Shown here piece after piece: positions 25,785 through 41,079 of a DNA stretch of 64,000 nucleotides. The position numbers and the translations under genes were made by a program. Source of the stretch: Octopus vulgaris (taxonomy: Eukaryota); contig OX597815.1 in NCBI GenBank assembly GCA_951406725.2, positions 129,890,001 through 129,954,000 of the forward strand, written 5' to 3'. Within the stretch, counting starts at the first letter, position 1, and each line of letters opens with the position of its first letter. The notes under the pieces were generated by a model. It saw nothing but the letters and a program-made list of their open reading frames with translations, was not told where the DNA came from and did no database searches.

Positions 25785-26267
25785 CCATTTAGTTGTTTCA
25801 GACACTGGCTTATGGCCATTCTAGGACACGTCGTTGAGGGGTTTTTACCTCGAACGAATCTACCCCATTACTTAATTCTTTAAGCTTGATACTTATTCTA
25901 TCGGTTTTTTTTAGCCAAACCGTTATCATACGGGGACGTAAACAAACCATCACCGGTTGTCAAGCGGTGGTGGGACACACACATACACTCACACACGCAC
26001 ACAAATCTTTTGTCTTTTATGTGTTTCAGTCATTAGACTGCGGCCAGGCTGGGGCACGGCCGAGAAGAATTTTTAGTCGAATGAATCAACTCTAGAACTT
26101 CTATGGTTTTTAAGCCTGATACCTATTCCATCGGTCTCTCTTCATTTCTATGCATACGACAGGCCTTTTATAATCAATCAAATCCAGCCATAATGTTTTC
26201 ATCAGCCGGGGGTTATTGAAAAAGATACTTGCCCAAGATTCGACGCAGTCGGACTGAACCCTGAACC

Positions 26268-26270
<3 letters not shown>
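25785..26270 (-). mobile_element. Two diverged SINE family A fragments
   Basis: Similarity to 21455-21885. Confidence 0.65.
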
Positions 26271-26302
<32 letters not shown>

Positions 26303-26336
26303 TATATATGTGTGGATATATATATATATATAAATG

Positions 26337-26473
<137 letters not shown>

Positions 26474-26688
26474 CAAATATGGCTACAGGACATCACCAAC
26501 TGTGCAAATAACAAGAAATACGTAAACAACGAGAGAAAAAAATGGAAAACAAGACAGGTAAACACTGAGAAACGACCCTCCATCAGTTGTCGGCTGTCTA
26601 TCTACTCCTCATTTCGAGCATTCAACGACAGAGAGATGACATATATACATACATATATACATGCACGCACACATACACACACACACAC

Positions 26689-26771
<83 letters not shown>

Positions 26772-27005
26772 TCTAGACACAAGTCTCCGATAGCGAAGTG
26801 TTTAAAAAGCGTCAGGAGTCATGACCTAGATTGGATGCAGCCCGGCCCAACCCCATCAGAGTGTAGGAGGTTATGGCCCAAAACAGTTGCCTGAAGCGGG
26901 TTTCGTTTTTGAAAACCTTTTGCTGTTCAGCTCCCTTAGAGTGTCTCACCACTGTGTATGTAAATATATACTTATACACAAGCATAGGTATAAATATGTC
27001 CGTCA

Positions 27006-27007
<2 letters not shown>

Positions 27008-27085
<78 letters not shown>

Positions 27086-27107
27086 GTCCGTCCGTCCGTC
27101 TGTCTGC

Positions 27108-27189
<82 letters not shown>

Positions 27190-27432
27190 GTCTGTATGTC
27201 TGTCTGTCTGCCTGTCTTTCTGTTTGTCTGTCTGATTGTTTGTCTGTCTGTCTATCTATATATTTATCTAGGTACGTGTCTATATGTCTGTATATTATAT
27301 ATTTGTAAACACATGAACAAAAACACCTGCCCCACAAACACACACACACACACATACATACATACATACATACATACATACATACATACATACATACATA
27401 CATACATACATACATACATACATACATACATA
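27008..27432. repeat. (TATC)n/(TGTC)n/(TACA)n tetranucleotide arrays
   Basis: Direct inspection; similar arrays at 7355-7450, 30875-31092, 48472-48556 and 51103-51442. Confidence 0.95.
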
Positions 27433-27525
27433 CGTTTTAGACGAAGCTGAATTTCACAAATTGTTGCATCGATTTTTATATAAAGGTCTAAACACTGAAA
27501 AGGAGAAACTTGGAGTAAATCCCAA

Positions 27526-27624
<99 letters not shown>

Positions 27625-27937
27625 TGTACACACACAAACTCACGCTTGCGCGTACGCGTACGTACACACACACAAAATATGATGGACTTTGCCGCTGATT
27701 TAATTATGAACGTCCAGTGGTTCGATCTATTGAACAACTAACGCACATTGAAGAAGAAATGCAAAGTCGTTGAAATCCAGACACACGAACCTTTAGTGTA
27801 ATTCTCGAGTAGAATGAGTCTGAAATCAAATTCCGCCTCCCAAATTCACTCTAAGAACGCTGAAGTTAGAGTAAAATGCACTTGTCCAAAATCGAACCCG
27901 GAAAATCATGGATGGCTCCACGCCTGCATTCACTTTA

Positions 27938-28059
27938 AACCACATGGTTCCAGGTTCAGTCCCACTGCGTGGCATCTTAGGCAAGTGTCTTCTACAATAG
28001 CCTTGGGCTGACCAAAGCCTTGTGATTTAATTTGGTAGACGGAAACTGAAAGAAGCTCG

Positions 28060-28108
<49 letters not shown>

Positions 28109-28290
28109 TACATATGTGTCTGTGTTTCTCTCCCCCACCATCGCTTGGCAACTTAGAGGTTCAGCAAAAGCGACGATAGAATTAAGTACTAGGCTTACAA
28201 AGAATAAGTTCCGAGCAGATTTGTTCGACTAAAGGCGGCGCTCCAGCATGGCCGCAGTCAAATGACCGAAACAAGTAAAAGAGTAAAAGA
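27938..28290 (+). mobile_element. SINE family A copy
   Basis: accacatggttccaggttcagtcccactgcgtggca...aaatgaccgaaacaagtaaaagag. Confidence 0.85.
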
Positions 28291-28402
28291 ATAAGCGAAT
28301 ATTCTTTAAATAAAATAATAAATAAAACATTTCAACTACTCTCAGTGCAGTTTCAACTTCTATTTTTCCTATATTTCTACCCGTGTAGAATAAAATAACT
28401 TT

Positions 28403-28551
<149 letters not shown>

Positions 28552-28564
28552 AAAAAGTGTACAG

Positions 28565-28855
28565 ACCCCCTTCGGTCATGAATGACCACAGGACTGCACA
28601 TAGAAAGTTATCCTACAAGGCCATGAGTACCAGCCTCCCCTCTCTACACCATTGATGTTATCCAAGGGAAAGGCAAAGGTTAATACAGCTTGGCGCCAGT
28701 GATGTCGCAACTCATTTCTACAGCTGAGTGACCTGGGTCAGTGTGAACTAAAAGTGTCTTGCTTAAGAACACAACACACAGCCCGGTCCGGGAATCGAAC
28801 TCACTTTCTGATGATTGTAAGTGCGACGTTTTAACCACTAAGCCATGCGCCTTCA
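28565..28855 (-). mobile_element. tRNA-derived SINE with RTE-like tail
   Basis: Minus-strand head gaaggcgcatggcttagtggtt...gagttcgattccc. Confidence 0.7.
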
Positions 28856-28942
28856 CTTATACACACATACCTGCATTCATTTTAAACATCATACACAATC
28901 AACACTAATATATAAGCACATTTGTTTATACATCTTTGTATG

Positions 28943-28982
<40 letters not shown>

Positions 28983-29790
28983 TTGCATGTATCTATATTC
29001 ATATACATTCACACACTCACACATACACATATATTTGCATGTAGCTATATCCATTTATATTTACTTATGTTTACATATTTTTACACACACATGTATTTAT
29101 ATATGCATATGTATACATACATACACACACTCATATACATATACACTCATACACACACACACACACATATATATATATGTACATATACATACATAAAGAA
29201 AAACAGAAGGCTAGAAAGACTGAATTGAAAGGGAGAACGTGATTAAAATTTATATAACGGTATACGTGTAGGACAGGTGAGAGCGTGACAGCATGGACAT
29301 ATGCAAATATGTGGACATATAGTCACATAAAAAATAAAAAGTAGGAGATAGAGAGAAAAGTTTAAAAGAGAAGGAAAATATTGAAAGAATGAATCTAGAA
29401 ATAAATACATAATATCGATATCTGGTTGACATGTGGCGAGCTGTGGGCGTCTGATGATTATTTTGAACGTGACATATTGAGAGCTGGGCTGGCAGACGAC
29501 ATCCATGAACATGGATGTTAGGAAGGAAGGGGGAGTTAGTTTGTTAGTGAGACAGAAAGGGAGGGGGAGAAGTAGAATAGAGAAGTAGAGAACAGAAAGG
29601 GAAAGAAAAGGTAGATGAAAGAGATAGTGTGAGGGTTTGAAGGGGAGGATGAAGGGCGTTAGAAAGATTGAGCAGTGTGACAGAGTGGAAAAGAGTAAGA
29701 GTAGAATACTAAGAGAAATTAGAAATACTGGTAGTTGGAGAGAGTTTGTTTGAGATATCTATCAAGAGTTTGAGAGAAAGAGATACATAC

Positions 29791-29830
<40 letters not shown>

Positions 29831-29922
29831 CGTATGTGTGTGAGAGAGAGAGAGGTGAAGGATTAATGTAAGAATGAGAGAGTGAGTTAGAGAGGGAAAC
29901 ATTAGGAAAAAGGAAAAGAAAG

Positions 29923-29966
<44 letters not shown>

Positions 29967-30897
29967 GAGAAGAAGAAGAAGAAGAAGAAGAAGAAGAAGA
30001 AGAAGAAGAAGAAGAAGAAAGAACATTATGAAAAATGAAAGAATAAAATGAGGGGAAATGTCTGGAAACGGGAGCTTGAAACTAAGGTCGAACTGGATAA
30101 AAGAAGTGAGAATTAATGGCAATGATGGAGAGAGTAGGGGTGGGAGAGAGTGATTGAGTGAGAGGTGGGGGGGGGGGAGAAGACAGGGGGACAGAGCGGT
30201 GATGGAGAGAATCAAATCAACGCCTTTCTGAATGGAAACGTAGTGTGCATCTTGGTATCTAGTATTTTGTGATTTATGAAATCAAAAGTAAAGAGAAGTC
30301 AAGAAATTTTAAACGTGAAATGAATATTATTAAGAAACAAAGGTGAAGTAATCTACGCATCAAGTGTGTATGTGTGCGTGCGGATGCGTTTGTATGTGTG
30401 TGTATGCGTGTGTGAATGACCGAACCTCTATGTGTGTGTGTGTATATATACAGGTGTACGTGACTCTCTGTCTCTCAATCTGTATATATGTACATACATA
30501 CATACATACATACATACATACATACATACATACATACATACATACATACATAAACACACACACATGCATATATTCATTCATGTTTTGAGGTTTCACGCAA
30601 ATGCACACGTGAAGCAAGTGTTTTCGGATTTGCATCCAAGTGTGTCTCCCTGTGTATGTACGTTTCCCCAAATATTTGGGAACTGAAAAGCAATATATTC
30701 AGAAATATAATTTCTTTCTCTTTCAATCTTTCTCACTTTCTGTTCCTTCCACCACTCTCTCACTCTGTCTTTATCTCCTTCTTTCATCTACTCACTCGCT
30801 TTTACAGTTTATTCGCTTCCCCTGGCTTCATCATTATCCTTTCTACTTTGTCTCACTTTATTTCTCTTTAGTTTGTCTGTCTGTCTGCCTACCGGCC

Positions 30898-31022
<125 letters not shown>

Positions 31023-31023
31023 G

Positions 31024-31091
<68 letters not shown>

Positions 31092-32031
31092 CCTCATTTC
31101 ATTTTTATCACCTCGTCTAGTTACCCCCACATGCATGCATACATATATAGATACAAATAAATATAATTATGTATATATGCATAATAAATATACATTATAT
31201 AAATAACTATATATATATATATATACACATACATATTAACATGTTTAAATATATATTTATATATATATGTGTGAGTGTGTACACACACTCTCATATAGGT
31301 ATAGCTTGCGTACTTTTATTTCGTCTCGTATCGGTAATATATTTAGTTGATATTGATGTGAGCATATGTCAGTTTGGCGGAAAAGAACTGCTTGTTCTAC
31401 ATATCAACAACAGCCGCAGCAGTAGTAACAGCAACTCACAGAAACATGCCACAGAACATACAACATCAACACGAGATATATGACCCAAACAAAAACTTCC
31501 AGTTTATTTTTCTGGCTTCTGTTATTACTAGTTAGCCTTTTGTTGTTTTAGAATTACTTGTTTTTATTTCTGATTGTTTTTTTTTTATAACACGGATGGA
31601 TTTTTGATAATATCATTACCTTGAACTAGGAGTACATCTATTGAGAAAAATAGAAACAAAACTGATCGTCAAAAAAGCTCAGAAACTCCACCCCGTAATG
31701 AAAGGGTGGCGAGTTATATATTATTAATATAAACGATATTTAAATCATACAAGTATATGCGTATAATTATATAAGTATAACGAAATGCAAAGAGCTTGTG
31801 TTAGTGCGGAAAACATGAGAAAACAGTGAGGACAAGAAAATTTAGAAAGTAAAACGAATTTTTTTTTCAATAAAAAAAAACTTGATAAACAAACAAAACA
31901 AGCGACATTTATTTCAATATGTATTTTTTCGTTGTTTCTTCTAGAGGACTATGGCATCTAGGAATGACAAACAACAAAGTCAGTGTTTTAGACAACACCC
32001 GAAATAACAACCCATCACTATCTTTTTAACG

Positions 32032-32082
<51 letters not shown>

Positions 32083-32492
32083 TCTTACGCACTTATATAT
32101 CATATATGTTATACATGAAAGATTCGGCTGGTCATTATGTAAACGGACGTGCTGAGGAACTAAAAACAGTGAGTTTATGATATTTTTCTCGACTTTTATT
32201 TTTTCATGTTGTTTCGTTTCTGAATGTGCGAATGACGAAATAAGTTTTTTGTTGTTTGTCCTTGTTGACTAACTACGCTTTTTTTTTTTTATAACGAGCT
32301 TATTCTGTACAATGTGTTCAGGTGTACTACAGCTGCTCTGACGTTCTGTTTTATGTTATATCTGGGGTATTTTTGTTGTCATTGTTATTGTAATGTTAGT
32401 TGCTGAAATTATTTATAAATAATACATCTACCTCAAACGAGTATATTCTGCTGCGAATTGTCTCGCGTATTGGGCACATATGGAAGTGTTGT

Positions 32493-32600
32493 ATGAATGC
32501 AAGTAAACAATTAGTTTATCTCCAGCTGTTGATGTTTTTCCTAGTGAAAAGTGTCCTGACTGCGGACAAACTTTCTTCGTGTATTCGGTTTCTTTTGCAG
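32493..32600 (+). other. Candidate coding exon (signal-peptide-like first exon, or 75-nt internal exon 32526-32600)
   Basis: MNASKQLVYLQLLMFFLVKSVLTADK... ends at CAG|GTGAGG, within about 2 kb of repeat-poor DNA; no recognisable homology. Confidence 0.25.
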
Positions 32601-33633
32601 GTGAGGTTGTCTAAGTGTGTGTGTACATGCGTGTGTATGGCATTTGTATGTAAATATTTACTACTCCTTCTTAGTCTTCTCTTATAAGCTCACTGTTATT
32701 AGATTGAATCGATATCAGTGTTTGACTAGTATTATTTTTCTTATCGGTTCCTGGGTGATGAAAACAAAAGCAAAAAATGCAAAAAAAAAAAAAAAAGCCG
32801 GTCATCGGCGGCATTTGAACTTGGAACCTAAAGTGTTGTAACAAAAACTGCTGGCATTTTGTAATTACTTCTTGAAAATAATAATGATTAGACATTTTCT
32901 ACGCGAAGCCTAAGATTATATAATAACATTGCAAAATTAGATCAGATTCTGTGATGTTCATGCTTTTCTTAAGTAGTCTTACGTTAATAGTGCGAAAGAT
33001 GTGCATCCAGAAATCAAGACCGGACAACAGATACCATATTTATTTTCTGTTTCTTTGAAACAGGGTTCAAATCCTATACTAGGTATTGCGTATGATCAAG
33101 ATGAAGTCTAATATATAATTAATACATATTCATTCATACTTTAGTTGTTAGAGTTGGGATTTCAGTGAAGAAAATTGCAAAAAAACAAAAAAAAAACAAA
33201 CGAAAATTTTTTTTTAATTGTCTTTGTCCCATACATAATTACGACCATATAAATTATAATTTTGGATCCGTCGGGGATCGGCTCCGCTGTTATCTTTCCG
33301 GCGACGGTCGATAAACTCAATACAAGCCATGTACTGGTCTCAATAAAAATCATCTGAACCGCCATCTCCTGCCAAAGTTTGTGGCCTATTTTAAATAAAA
33401 GGAAAATTTTTACTGCTAGACTCGTCTCTCGAGATGGAGGTAATCTCGAAACGGCGGACTTTTAGATTAGCTGTCTCTACCTCATGAGAAGGAAAAGAGC
33501 AAGTAGTGATGTCTTTCTGTGAAAGAATGTTTTCTCCCCAAAGTTCAATTTTTTAACATTTTTGCTCGCTATGCCCGTTCGCCGTAAATTTTTATGTTAT
33601 TGAAAGGGCAGCTGCTGAACAAGAATCTTTTTT

Positions 33634-36600
33634 GTGCATGGCACAAAAGATTGTACAGCAGCTAACCTGGCTCCATCAAACTCAAACTCGCAGATGGGAC
33701 TATCCACAATATACAAGACCGCCACAGCAAATAGACCCAAGGTGGACACTACCGGCAACAGCACACACATCACCTCGATGCTCCTACTGAACATCCGAGG
33801 ACTGCTAACCCTCAGTAACAAGACAAAAATCCTGTTCTTGAGAGACCTTGTTGCATGCAATCAAGCCTTATGCATAGCAGTTACAGAAACACACCTGAAA
33901 CCGGACATAGCAGATGCGGAATTACACATACCAAAGTATGTTGTACTACGGACCGACAGAAAAGAAAGGAGTCATGGAGGAGTTGCTATGTACATCCACG
34001 AGGACCTCACACCCCAGGTCCTTTTGTCATACTCAAACTCGGTTTGTGACACACTAATTGTACATATAAGGCAACTTGGTGTAGTTATATGTAGGCAAGT
34101 TTGAAGACTGCCTTATAAAAATAGAAGTTCTAGTCACATTAGAACAACACATAAGTGTACTTCTTATGGGAGACTTCAATCTGCCCAATTCAGACGGCCC
34201 GAGGGCCTTTCTCTCCCAGGAATGACACGATGCGAACGAGGACAGGCGAGGTCCCTCCTGAACCTCATCAACACTCTGTACATGGAGCAAATAATACTCC
34301 AACCAACCAGGGCAGGTAACATACTGGATCTCTGCTTCACAAATAATATGGATCTCATCCATAATGTGAAAGTGATACCGACACAACTCTCGGATCACAA
34401 CATGGTAGAGCTGACCATGTATGGGCCAAAGGAAAGCATGGACATGCAGCCTACAAGAAACTCTCAGAATCTTTCCAGCTTGAACTTCCATAAGGCAAAC
34501 TGGAAACAAATTGAGAAAGAGATCCTCAAATAAAACTGGCCTGAATGTTTCTCCTCGCCAGACATCGACATGAAACTTCAACAATTCATGTCTGTAATGC
34601 AAGCCATATGCTACAAATGTGTCCCAGAGAGAAAGGCCACTGTACACAAGAACAAAATCCTCAGAGAGAGGAAAATTCTAATGAGACGGCGTATAAAAGT
34701 TTCAAATCGCCTAAACAAACAAATTGAAAGCAGTGAAAAGTCCCGCCTGAAAATAAAACTGTTGGAAATTGAAAAATGTCTGCAACTCTCCCATGAAAAA
34801 GAAAGAGCAGACAAAGAAGCCTGGGCTATAGACAACATAAAATCTAACCCCAGAGCTTTCTACAGGTATGCCAAAGAAACAGCTACGGTGCACTGTAGGA
34901 TAGGGCCACTCCTTGAAAAGGATGGCACACTCACAGAAAAATCCAATGAGGATAAGTGAAATACTAAATGAGCAATTCAAGGGTATTTTCACTCCACCCC
35001 TAGGGTATTTTCAAGTCAGCAATCCAACTGACTTCTTTACCACTGCAGATGAAAAATCAGAGGCAGCGATGATTGATTACATCAATATAAAGGAAGACGA
35101 TGTAATAAAGGCTATAGATGAAATGAAAACAAACTCAGCTACTGGCCCCGATGGATTCCCAGCAATCCTTCTAAAAGTATGTAAGAGAGTCCAAGCAAGA
35201 CTACTGCAGTTCCTCTTTCAGAGCCTCCTTGCAACTGACAAACTTCCAAGAAAACTGAAGGAAGGTAAAATATGCCCTATTCACAAAGGAGGTAGCAGAG
35301 CAGAGGCCAAGAACTACAGACCTATCTCTCTGACCTCACACATCAGCAAGGTCATGGAACGAATATTCAGAAGGAAACTAATCACCTTCCTTGAAGAAAA
35401 TAACTTGCTGCCTGACACCCAACATGGTTTCCAACCAGGAAGAAGCTGCTTAACTCAGCTCCTACAACACTATGACTGGGTGCTGAAACGACTGCTCAAC
35501 CACTCAAATGTGGAAGTCATATATCTCGACTTTGCAAAGACCTTTGATAAAGTCGATCATGGAATGATATGTCACAAACTGCGTGATCTTGGCATAGTTG
35601 GAAAATTGGGAGAATGGCTTCATGACTTTCTGAAGGATAGAAGTCAGGTGGTAGTAGCCAATGGGGCCACCTCCAATAACACGCAAATAGTGAGCGGTGT
35701 TCCGCAAGGCACTGTTTTGGGGCCACTACTGTTTATAATGGCCCTCTCAGACATGCCCTCAGCCACGCAGAGAGCCACGATCACAAGTTATGCAGATGAT
35801 ACAAAAGTTTCACAGGCAATACAGAACCCTGAAGACACTAAACGCCTGCAATGTGAGCTGGACAAAATATACAAGTGGGCTGAAAAGAATAGTATGCAGT
35901 TCAATGCTGAAAAGTTTCAAGCTTTATGCTATCAGCATGCAAAACTAAATGCAATACCCAATAAATACACGGGACCTGGAGGGATTGCAATCCCAGAGGC
36001 ACAATCAGTGCGAGACCTGGGTATTTACATGAGTGATGATACAACCTTTCATGTGCATGTTGCTAAATTGGCAATAAAATGTAGGCGGCTGACCGGGTGG
36101 ATTCTTAGAACCTTTAGAACAAGAGACTAGGAAACCATGATGGTCCTCTGGAGGACACTTATCCTAAGCCACTTTGACTATTGCTCTCAGCTATGGTCAC
36201 CATCCAGTGTCAAGTTAATCACAGAACTTGAGGCGATCCAACGAAGCTACATGAAGAAGATAGCCTCTGTGCAGCATATAAGCTACTGGGAAAGACTCAA
36301 GAGATTAAGACTCTATTCCTTAGAGCGTAGGCGAGAAAGATATGCCATAATATATATCTGGAAGATCCTAGAAGGACTTGTCCCAAACTTTGGCATCGAG
36401 AGTTACACAAATGCCAGAACTGGGCGCCACTGCATAGTGCCAAGGACTCCAAATTTGCCATCAAGATGTAGGACAAGATACTGTGATAGTCTGGGCTTCA
36501 GAGGCCCACAGCTCTTCAATATCCTCCCGAGGAACCTGAGAGACCTGCATGGGGTGGATGCAGATGTCTTTAAAATAAAAATTGAATTTCTTCCTGTCAG

Positions 36601-36781
36601 ATATCCCAGATGAACCAACTTCACGGCAGGAGGTGCAGATGAGGGCAGCTGCATCGAACTCTCTCATGCACCAAATGGCAATTGCTGAAAGCATTCGTGA
36701 AGTAAAATCATGTAGCAACACCAAATGGCGGTGCCCCAGCATGGCCACAGCTCCTGAACTGAAACTAGATAAAAAAAAAAA
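33634..36781 (+). mobile_element. CR1-group LINE ORF2 region (APE endonuclease + RT) with A-tail
   Basis: LLNIRGL, AVTETHL, GDFNLP, LDLCFTN, SDHN, ATGPDG, NYRPISLTS, YLDFAKTFDKVDH, SGVPQGTVLGPLLF, YADDTK, RDLG, LYSLERRRERY; A-run at 36771-36781; several stops and frameshifts; no ORF1 seen. Confidence 0.92.
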
Positions 36782-36814
36782 TTACACTTATCTCACGAAA
36801 CGGCAGTAATATCT

Positions 36815-37225
36815 TTTATCTTTTTACTTGTTTCAGCCATTAGACTGCGGCCGTGCTGGGGCACCGCATTGAAGAATTTTTACTCAAGCGAATCGACTCC
36901 AGGGTTATTTTTTTTAAGCCTGATAATTATTCTGTCGGTGTCTTTTGCTGAACCGCTAATTGATGGGGACGTAAGCACACTAACACCGGTTGTCAAGCAA
37001 TAGTGGGGGACAGACAGATAGACACACTTGTGTGTGTGTGTGTGTGGGGGGCAAACGCACACACATATACGACAGGCTTCTTTCAGTTTCCATCTACCAA
37101 ATCCACTCACAAGGCTTCGATCGGTCCGAGGCTATAGTAGAAGACACTTGCTCCAGGTACCACGCTTTGGGACTGAGCCCGGAGCCATGTTGTTGGGTAG
37201 TAAGCTTCTTACCACATAGCCACAC
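36815..37225 (-). mobile_element. SINE family A copy
   Basis: Similarity to the other copies. Confidence 0.8.
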
Positions 37226-39351
37226 AAACATTAAAAATAAAAAGTGTGCAAACAAAAGAAAAAATATATAAATGTACTTGTGTGTTGTTGATAACCTTTC
37301 GTTGTGATTATGAAACTCACTTTTAATAGAAGGAGCCTCCACCTGGTCACTTGGTTTGCTAGAAATAACAGCCCCCTCCTCGGACAGCACTCTACTATCC
37401 GTTGAATAATATTGTCTTATTTACAGTAGTATGCCTGATAAAAGATGGGATGGTTTTGGTTGGAACGGCGTTGATTACATAGGTATGTTCTGTCAGAACG
37501 TACATGGGGCTAAACATCAACAAGAAATACAGAGGCACACTTGAATACGCACAAACAAAACAAATACGCATGTATATTTATATACAAATATGTACATACA
37601 CAAATCCAGGTGAAAGCGCTCGCGCGCACACACACACACACACACTGAAATCGACGAGCCTACTATTCAATGAAGTACTCAGTATGCCGTTATGCAAAGT
37701 TGAAGAGTGTTTTTTTAGAGTAGCCCGGGCTACACTGAATAACACACGCACGCACACATACACGCACGCACGCACACACACATGCACGCACGAACACACA
37801 TATACACACGCACGCACGCATGCGCGTGTGCACGTACACTTTCTCTTTCTCAGTGTAATTCTCAGAAAGATTCAGCATGATACAAACGTGACAGCGCTGC
37901 TCCGTTGAATCGATGAATTATGGTCTTGCATTGTAGGTGAACATGCGACTTGGGTCGACACAAGGCCAACTTGTTAATCACTCGTCTCCACATATTGTCT
38001 TTTCCATATACGTTGATGTAAATACCAGTGTGTTTGTTTGTCGCCCCCCACCTCCTGACAAACCGGCGTGGGTTTTAAATCCCCATAACTTAGCGATTTT
38101 GAGCTGAATACCCTAACCACTAGGTCACGTGCCTTCACACAGACACGTGTACCTTTAACGTAATTCTGTGGTAGATTCAGTGTGACGTTAGTGTGACGGT
38201 GCTGGACTGTATTATAGGTATAGCTCATCCGACTTGGGTTAAGTCGACTCGTGGCTATAGTACATGCACTTGCCCAAGATCAGACGCAGTGAGATCGAAA
38301 TCGAGACTTCAAAGATGCGAAGCGAACTCAGTCATGTCACCATCATCTGGTCGATCTTGCTCGGACATTTTAATCCGCACACACCATCCATCTTGGTCCT
38401 GCATTAGTTGAAAGAGGTCTTCGGGGAGGCATTCAGTATCTCTGGTGAGTTGTTCTGCATATGTTGTGTTCGGACGACCTGCTCGAGTATTACAACGCTT
38501 TGATATCCATAGCAGGCGGTCGCTTGCCAGCTCTTGTTTAGCTCGCCAGCAGTCAAATACAGAGACAATACAATTAAATGTTCCTTTCCCACATTTCTGA
38601 ACTTATGCCTGTCAGAGATCATTAAATTAAGGGTGGTACGCAGACAGGTAGAATCATTAAAGCGTCGGAAGAAATCTCTTGCAGCGTTTGTTACCGCCTT
38701 TATTGTTCTGAGTTCAAATCTCACCGAGGTCAATTTTGTCTTTCATCCTATCGTGATCAATAAAGTAAAATACCAGTCAAATACTGGGATCGATATTATC
38801 GATTCTTCACCACCCACAAATTTCAGGCCTTATGCATATGTTAGAAACAATAATAATTGTGTATGGAAGAGTACGGGCGTTGTAAAATGCTTTAATGTAT
38901 TGCATACATTTTTGCCCCAAAACTCATTTATATATATCTGTGTGTACACATAACCACATGTCTTGTAGCTCATTTATAACTGCACACTGTATGAATAAAT
39001 GGACATTAGTAGCAAATAAAGGAGTATTGAAATTGTTATTCAGCAGCACGGCGACGAAATGGCAGAATTGTAAGCTCATCAAACAAAGCTTAGCGGTAAT
39101 TTTCATAGCTTTTTATATTCTGATTTCGAATCAGACGTCTTCAAGTTGACAATGTTTTTCTGAAGATGTGAGCAATATCCATGAGAAAATTTTTTTGTAG
39201 TTCTGATGCCTTGGAGGTTTCCTGGTATTGGTACTGTACCTAAATTATTATTATTACTATTTATTCTTTTTATCTCAGGTTTTGTTGTAACAGCTGGAGT
39301 CTTGCATGCGTAGCGGGCTTGCTACCTGCACCCCACGATACCATGCTATCG

Positions 39352-39419
39352 GTTCCTTTCAGCTATCTGTTCCTTTCAGCTATCTGTTCCTTTCAGCTAT
39401 CTGTTCCTTTCAGCTATCT
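39352..39419 (+). repeat. 17-bp minisatellite (GTTCCTTTCAGCTATCT) x4
   Basis: Four tandem units seen directly. Confidence 0.9.
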
Positions 39420-39959
39420 AATACTTTCCTGGTTATTCTTGCTGTGTCAAAGAGGAAAATCTTTCGTAACAGTTCTACTGGGCAGTCTATTTCGATTTCC
39501 TTTCACTCCTGATCCAGCATTGAATTACAGTTTGGTTTGTCTCCTTATCCCACCTTTTCCTCTGCCTCTAACTTTGAGTATAAGCAGTCCCTAGATGACG
39601 ACCGGGCCTGCACTGCCCAATCACAGGACACCTACCGAGCGAAAGGCTTTCACCTTTGGTTCTAACCTCATTCACACCAATATTTGATATACTTGTATTA
39701 GACATTTTCATTCAATATTGAGGCTTGACTTCTAAGGTTAGCCACCAACCAGTATTTTTATCGACCATCTCTTGCAAGATTGTCAACCAAGACTGCAGAG
39801 CTCTTACAAACCCATATAATAATAATGATGATGATGATGATTATCATTATTATTATCATTGTTGTTTTACTTCTCAGAGTACTCGGTCTTGTTTGCTCTG
39901 GTAGAATCTTTGAGAACGAACAGAAGCCTGCTGTCAGACGTTTCACAGAGTTTCTCTCC

Positions 39960-40900
39960 GTACATTATAAGCTTTGATACTTGATTGTTAATTGTTGTGG
40001 AAGATATTCAACATCCAAGTACCAATCTCAAAATCCTAACTGTCCCCAGCAGAGCAGTTTTTGGGCTTTTCTCTGCTCCCATGTCAATTCCGATTTCTCT
40101 GACATAGTTCTCGAACTAGATTGTTAGTGCTCCGAGTGTCCCTACAACTACTGGAATGACAGACATTCTCCTCATAGTCCACATTCATGTAATTTCGTCT
40201 TTTAGTAGACTGTACTTTTCAATCTTTTCTAGTTCTTTGTCACTTACGCGTGCATTCCCAGGTATTGAAACACCTGTAATCTTGGCTTCCTGTTTTTCCT
40301 TTATCTACCTCTACAATATCCGGTCTTCGAGCCTCGATTTGGGAATCACATCGGATTGTAAAATCCCACATTATCTTATATTCTTTGTTCTCCGTGCCGC
40401 TTTCTGCTTCATGTTCGTACTATTTCCATGCTCTGTCCAGGCCGTACTTTTCCCGTAGCCTCCAGTGTATGAACTTAGTCATGTTATCGTGCCTCCTTTT
40501 GAAGTGCTTTTAGGCCAATATGTCAGATTGTTTCGTTTCTCCTGCAACACATCCAATAAAGGAGTGATTCACTACTCTTATCTATTTGGAACTTGGTGTA
40601 ATTAGTTCTCAGAGCTTGTTCCTGCGCGCTGCATATCAATGCCTCAGTGCATCCTTTCAGATCATTTTTTCTTAGCCATCTCCAAGTGTTTATCTTGTCT
40701 TTTCCTTTGATTTCTCTGAGGTATTGCCCATGCAGTGATTTCATTTTCCAATTGTTTACTTTTTCTTCTTCATCTTGTTTCTTAAATGTTTGTGGGTGCA
40801 TCACATTTTCGGTAAGTATTGTATTGTTAATTCTAACAGCGGCAAGTAAGGATTCACTCTGCTGTTTGATGTACCATCCCAGATTGTGCGCCTCGTTGAC
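39960..40900 (-). mobile_element. R4/Dong-type (RLE endonuclease) LINE 3' fragment, old
   Basis: LHGQYLRE..WLRKNDLKGCTEALICSAQEQALRTN, RHDN, EARRPDIV, IPVVVGTLG, ALLGTVRILR. Confidence 0.85.
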
Positions 40901-41026
40901 ACATCTTGTTCTGAGTTCAAATTCCGTCGAGGTCGACATTGCCTTTCATCCCTTCGAAGTCGATAAAATAAATATCAGTTGAACACTGGGGACGGTGTAA
41001 CTGATGGCCATGGGCCAAAATTTGAA

Positions 41027-41078
<52 letters not shown>

Positions 41079-41079
<1 letters not shown>

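Noticed and set aside
26575-26635. CTGATGG and GAAA on the minus strand as a hammerhead
   Set aside because: No consistent stems I and III and no UH site could be built
39352-39419. Regular repeats as a CRISPR array
   Set aside because: Contiguous 17-bp units with no spacers, no cas genes, and eukaryotic context
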